From positions 19,406,001 through 19,470,000 of the forward strand of contig OZ024756.1 of the NCBI GenBank assembly GCA_964016885.1: a stretch of DNA of 64,000 nt, written 5' to 3'. The notes under the pieces were generated by a model. The model had not been told where the DNA came from, made no database searches, and saw only the letters and a list, made by a program, of their open reading frames with translations. This stretch comes from Eledone cirrhosa. Its lineage: Eukaryota. The translations under genes were made by a program, and so were the position numbers. Below, piece by piece: positions 59,122 through 64,000 of the stretch (the first letter of the stretch is position 1; the number at the start of each line of letters is the position of its first letter).

Positions 59122-60231
59122 TATTGAATTTTTATGTTAAGGACTTTATCTCGCATAATATTGAATCGATGAGATTTTGATGTTATTTATTTTGAGAACA
59201 ATACTTTAACATCATTATGAGTGGCTGATTACAGCTGGTTTGAACAGAAAGAGATGAGAGAATTCTGGCCGGATATGGCCAGTTTAAATGGTTAACCCGA
59301 CTTATTTTAGCCTTTCTTGAAAAATGTAAGAAATTGTATAAATAATTTACCTTACTTAACCTTTTTTGAAAAATGTTGTCTTGTGCCAGTATTAAAAAAT
59401 ATAATATACCTGACTACAACTGTTCCTGGAAAATATCAACTTGGGTCTGTATTAAGTATTATATTCTAAATCTTTACGTTTGGTATGATAGAGTGTATGT
59501 ATATATATATATATTCAAGGTAATATGTATTTTTATTTATAACTACTCTGTGCTCTACTGTACATTGAGCACTATATGGATGGTTCCAGTAACATATCAG
59601 TTTTTCTATAAGAAGAGGTTGCCAGGTCCCACTTAACTCTTCTCTATTTCTAGAGAAAGGGACTCTTACAACTGTTTTCGTGGCAAAATGTAGCTGATTC
59701 TGAAAAGGAAAGGATCAACTAGAGTATAAGATTCTCCCTGGACAGGACACTAGTCCATTGCAGGGTTAAACTCCCAGCTACTATTGCTGGTATGCATTTT
59801 CAGCTGAGTATAGTGGAGAAATGTGAAATGAAGTATTTTTACTCAAGAGCACAACCCAGTCCAGGAATTGAACCCACTGGCATTATGATCGTAAGTCCAA
59901 CACTCTTACCACTACGCCACACACATTCACATTATGATTGTAAGTCCAACTCCCTTACCATTAGGTTACACACCTTCCCTGGTAGTACTTGATCTGTATT
60001 TTAATTATTGACCCTAGAAGGATGAAAGGCAAAGTATATGTTAGTGGGATTTAAACCTAGAGTGCAGAGAGCCACAATGACAGGCACTTTGTGATACTCT
60101 TAATAAGGTAAACCTACCCGAATATCCAAAAACTTTAAGATTGAATTATTAGAAAGTGCTGCATTTAGGAGAGCATCTACGCCTTCATACTGAACAAAGT
60201 TTCCCTTTAGCTGCAAATAATAAATATACAC

Positions 60232-60269
<38 letters not shown>

Positions 60270-60271
<2 letters not shown>

Positions 60272-60707
60272 AAGTTATATTTAAAATTGTTGGGTTACAA
60301 CTAGTAAATATTTATAACTGATATAAAAGCACTCGACAAATACTTGGAGTATATTTACAATATTAAATAAATGGAAAACTATATTTATAAAACCATATTT
60401 ATTTCATTATATATATTTCGGGGATATCATATTAACAATATGCTATGCCTTCATTAGACAAAATGCAATATAAACAGTTTTATAGATAAATATATTCGAC
60501 ATACCGTAATAAACATCAACTCTAGCAGAGTGAACCTCTTCAAATGAAGTTGATGTTTATTACGGTATGTCGAATATATTTATCTATAAAACTGTTTATA
60601 TTGCATTTTGTCTGATGAAGGCATAGCATATTGTTAATATGATATCCCCGAAATATATATAATGAAATAAATATGGTTTTATAAATATAGTTTTCCATTT
60701 ATTTAAT

Positions 60708-60713
<6 letters not shown>
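60270..60713 (-). mobile_element. Palindromic hammerhead-bearing element, related to 2228-2648, tail on opposite side
   Basis: About 165-bp inverted arms; shared outer sequence aaatatggttttataaatatagttt; reversed tail; (TA)n flanks. Confidence 0.65.
60605..60668 (+). ncRNA. Minimal type-I hammerhead ribozyme motif
   Basis: attttgt CTGATGA aggcatagcatattgttaatatgatatcccc GAAA TATATA TA atgaaat. Confidence 0.75.
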
Positions 60714-60743
<30 letters not shown>

Positions 60744-60957
60744 AACACAAGAGCAAGGACGGGGGTCATTCTACTCACATGGCCTAAAGAAGCTGTTTGC
60801 ATAATTGCAAACAAATCGAATATTATTATTATTTGAAAAACTCAGATTTACATTTCTTGTATTCAGCCATGAAGAGTGATAAAACTATTAGTTAAATATA
60901 TATATATATATATATATTTGTTTATTTACTTACATAATAAATAACACAATATAATTA

Positions 60958-61027
60958 TTCCATTACCAAAGATTTCAGGAAACTAGGTGATCCTTACAGA
61001 CACGTCCAGCTCGTTCATCAGATGAAA
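60958..61027 (-). ncRNA. Type-I hammerhead ribozyme motif (inverted arm copy)
   Basis: Reverse complement: tttcat CTGATGA acgagctggacg...cacctagtttcct GAAA tctttgg TA atggaa. Confidence 0.7.
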
Positions 61028-61066
61028 TAGTTATATTTTTTTTTTTTTATGAAGGAAAAAAAGAAC

Positions 61067-61136
61067 TTTCATCTGATGAACGAGCTGGATGTGTCTGTAA
61101 GGATCATCTAGTTTCCTGAAACCTTTGGTAATGGAA
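61067..61136 (+). ncRNA. Type-I hammerhead ribozyme motif with short closed stem III
   Basis: tttcat CTGATGA acgagctggatg...catctagtttcct GAAA cc-ttt-gg TA atggaa. Confidence 0.75.
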
Positions 61137-61238
61137 TAATTATATTGTGTTGTTTATTATGTAATTAAATAGCTGTGTACTCTTCATAGAGCACTCTACT
61201 TTCCTTTACCTTTTCTTGGAAATACTTAACACACACAC

Positions 61239-61285
<47 letters not shown>

Positions 61286-63048
61286 CTGAAATTGTGTGTG
61301 TGTGTGTCCTAATTTTTGCAAAGTCTATACAAATCCACATTTCTACTCCGATTGACTTCAAACTTGCATTTATATATATTCCTTACGGTCTAAAGATATT
61401 AACTGCAGCTTTTATTTTTCAATTTTCTGTTGTTAAAGGGGTGTTAGGCGCTGGTTATCGATCTCTCTCTATTTCTTAGTCTGTCTTTTTAGATAGATAC
61501 ATAGCTATAACGTCGCGCCCTTATAATATGTCTGGCTGTCTGCATTACGATATGACAAAAATTGTTCTCATTGCTGACATATTATCTTTGCTATTTTCCG
61601 TTCATTGCCAGGGAACGTCTTCACGAACCAAAGTATCGCCTTCCTGTTTTCCTTCGGTTGCAACGTTTTTCGAAATATTTACTTCAGCGTTCACAGATTG
61701 ATCCCGTTAAGGGTGAAAGCAGCGATTCTTAGCTTAAACTTTAATCTGTTATTTTAATATATATATATAATTATATATTCGTCTACAGATATTTTTGCAT
61801 ACACAAAAACAAAATATAAACAAACGTATTTATTTCACGAAAGCACAGACGGCTTATCGTCATTGCTACTGCCGATATGCCACCCCCCCCCCCCCCCAAG
61901 TTCCACTACTTTTGGCACAAGGCCAGCAATTACACAGTCAACGGTTCGGAAATCACATGCATTACTGACGAGTTTACTGCTTACTCTACCAGTTAGTCTT
62001 AGTATACTTCGTCTTGCTTTTAGGTCATGCTGTACTGGAAAAAGACCTGCCCCACCCATGCAATCATGGAAAAGCAGATGTAAAACAGTTATGATGAGGT
62101 TAGGAAGGGCATCCAGCAGTAGAAACCAAGCCAGAATCAATTCTATATATGTCTAAAGTCTGTCTTAAGCCAGAAGGCTCATTTGGCTGGTGCTTATCCC
62201 AGTTTAATGGTGTGAAGCCACTGAGAATACAAGACTCCCCCCCCCCCCCCGCCTGTACAGGACGCCCTTCCATCGCAGGGTTAAATCCCCAGCTATTGCT
62301 GGTAGCCATTTTCATCTGAGTACACTGGAACATGTGAAATAAAGTGTTTTGCTCAAGAACACAACATGCAACCCAGGAATCGAACCCACAACATTATGAT
62401 CGTAAGTCCAACACCCTTACCACTAGGCCACATGCTCCCCCCCCCCCCCCACACACACATCTTGGAGTTAATGAAGGAGATGGAATCTAGCAGGCAAGTA
62501 TGAAGGAAAAGATATGGAAGAAATCAGTTTTGTATGAGCAAGTGATGGTCACCTGACCTAGCATTGCTCACATCAGGACAACTCGTCTAACCCATGCTAG
62601 TGTGGAAAAAATGGACGTTAAACAGTGATGATGATGATATAAATATATATGTTCCTTCATATGTTTAGAAGATTCATTATGGTTTACTCGGGGTTAAACA
62701 ACAACATAAAATTTTAATTTTTCTCTCTCTATCTGGATTTCGTTCTTTTACATTCTTTCTCCCTCTCTTTCTCTCACGTTTGCCCCATCTCTCTCAGTCT
62801 CCCTGACACTCTCTCACTTTCCCTACACTCTTTCACCCCCCCCCCCCACTCTCCCTCCCCCACACTCTTTCTCCTCGACACTCTCTTACTCTCCCCGACA
62901 CTCACTCTTCCCCACACTCTCTCTCCATCTCCCCCTCCCACACACTCTCTCATTCTCCCCAACACTCTCTCTCCCCCTCCCACATTCTCTCTCTTACACT
63001 CTCAAATATCTATATACCACCAAAGCCCCAAGTCCCCAAATCACTTAC

Positions 63049-63243
63049 ATGTAAGGCCTCCAATTGTGTGTTAGCAGCTAAACCCTTAGCAAAATGTTTG
63101 ATACCATCAACAGTAATGTTATTAGAACTGGCATCAAGAGTCTTTAAGGCCAGGTTGGCGGCTATAGCTGGTTTCAGGTGGACACAGCCTTCGTTTCCAA
63201 TGTTGTTGTAGGAAATATTGAAGTATTCCAGTGTTGAGTTTTT
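63049..63243 (-). CDS. Internal exon of an RI-like leucine-rich-repeat protein (LRRC74/NLRC3-like)
   Basis: KNSTLEYFNISYNNIGNEGCVHLKPAIAANLALKTLDASSNNITVDGIKHFAKGLAANTQLEALH, 28-aa LRR periodicity, tttcag/gtaagt, 195 nt phase 0/0. Confidence 0.85.
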
Positions 63244-63660
63244 CTGAAATATAGGTTAGAGTGGAGTGAAACTTAGAGTCAAGTGCAAACTATGATTGGT
63301 TGGTTCGGTTTGAATGTATGTGTGTATGTTATGTCTTGAGTGATACTGGTAACATGTAACCCAGTACAACTTGTCGCATGGTCGGGTCGAGGCGACTAAA
63401 CCGGCAACCCCACCAAGTTTACTTGGTGAGGAGGCTGATTTTGGACATCCTGCAGGACAAAAAACAAAATCTGACAAAGGGCCGAAGAACTCATAAGAGT
63501 CAACGGTCATCCAAATATGTGTATATTGGCTCAGTGCACAGTCTTTCCTCATTTAAAAAAAATCTTCATGCACAGGCATTGCACGATAGCATTATTTGAT
63601 AATTATTAATAATGTTATATCGTACAATGGCCATACTCGATAACGAGGAGCCAGCCATCA

Positions 63661-63691
<31 letters not shown>

Positions 63692-64000
63692 CTATATGTA
63701 TATATGTGTCTATGTATTGATGTGTACCAATGTGCATCTATATGTACCAATATAGATAAATATGTATTGATATATACCAATATATATATCAATGTGGGTC
63801 AATATGTATCGATATGTGTCAATATATGTATTGCTATGTATCAATATGTATCAGTGTATATTGTTATCGATATGTATCAATGTATATTGTTATCAATAAT
63901 TATCGATATGTATCAATGTATATTGTTATCAATTATCAATATGTATCAATGTATATTGTTATCAATTATCGATATGTATCAATGTATATTGTTATCAATA

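Larger units (their letters stand above)
60930..61230 (+). mobile_element. Second family of palindromic hammerhead element
   Basis: About 100-bp inverted arms, tail containing agagcactc, between (TA)n tracts. Confidence 0.6.

Noticed and set aside
61330-61745. Possible LRR-gene exon or Helitron-like end
   Set aside because: All three frames after the acceptor-like site stop early, and the transposon resemblance is too weak to call by eye.

Overview
AT-rich, repeat-dense eukaryotic genomic DNA. It is most likely from an octopod cephalopod, inferred from the tRNA-SINE/RTE/CR1/MITE repertoire and abundant (TA)n microsatellites. Two multi-exon genes are arranged divergently. A dynamin-1-like/Drp1 gene (DNM1L) lies on the minus strand: ATG at 24950, 12 clear coding exons plus one candidate, with the 3' end (GED) not seen and probably left of the window. 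A complete CXXC1/CFP1 gene lies on the plus strand: 15 coding exons, 32339-55754, about 581 aa. One ribonuclease-inhibitor-type LRR exon of a third, minus-strand gene lies at 63049-63243. Two patterns stand out. (1) A set of small elements embedded in (TA)n, often palindromic, carry minimal type-I hammerhead ribozyme folds with covarying stems; they resemble Penelope-like pLTR or retrozyme elements. There are six intact cores and several decayed ones, one intact core on the sense strand of DNM1L intron 1. (2) Local tandem amplification of authentic splice sites recurs: acceptor arrays at four DNM1L exons and donor-associated arrays at four CXXC1 exons. All calls were made by eye and no database searches were run.
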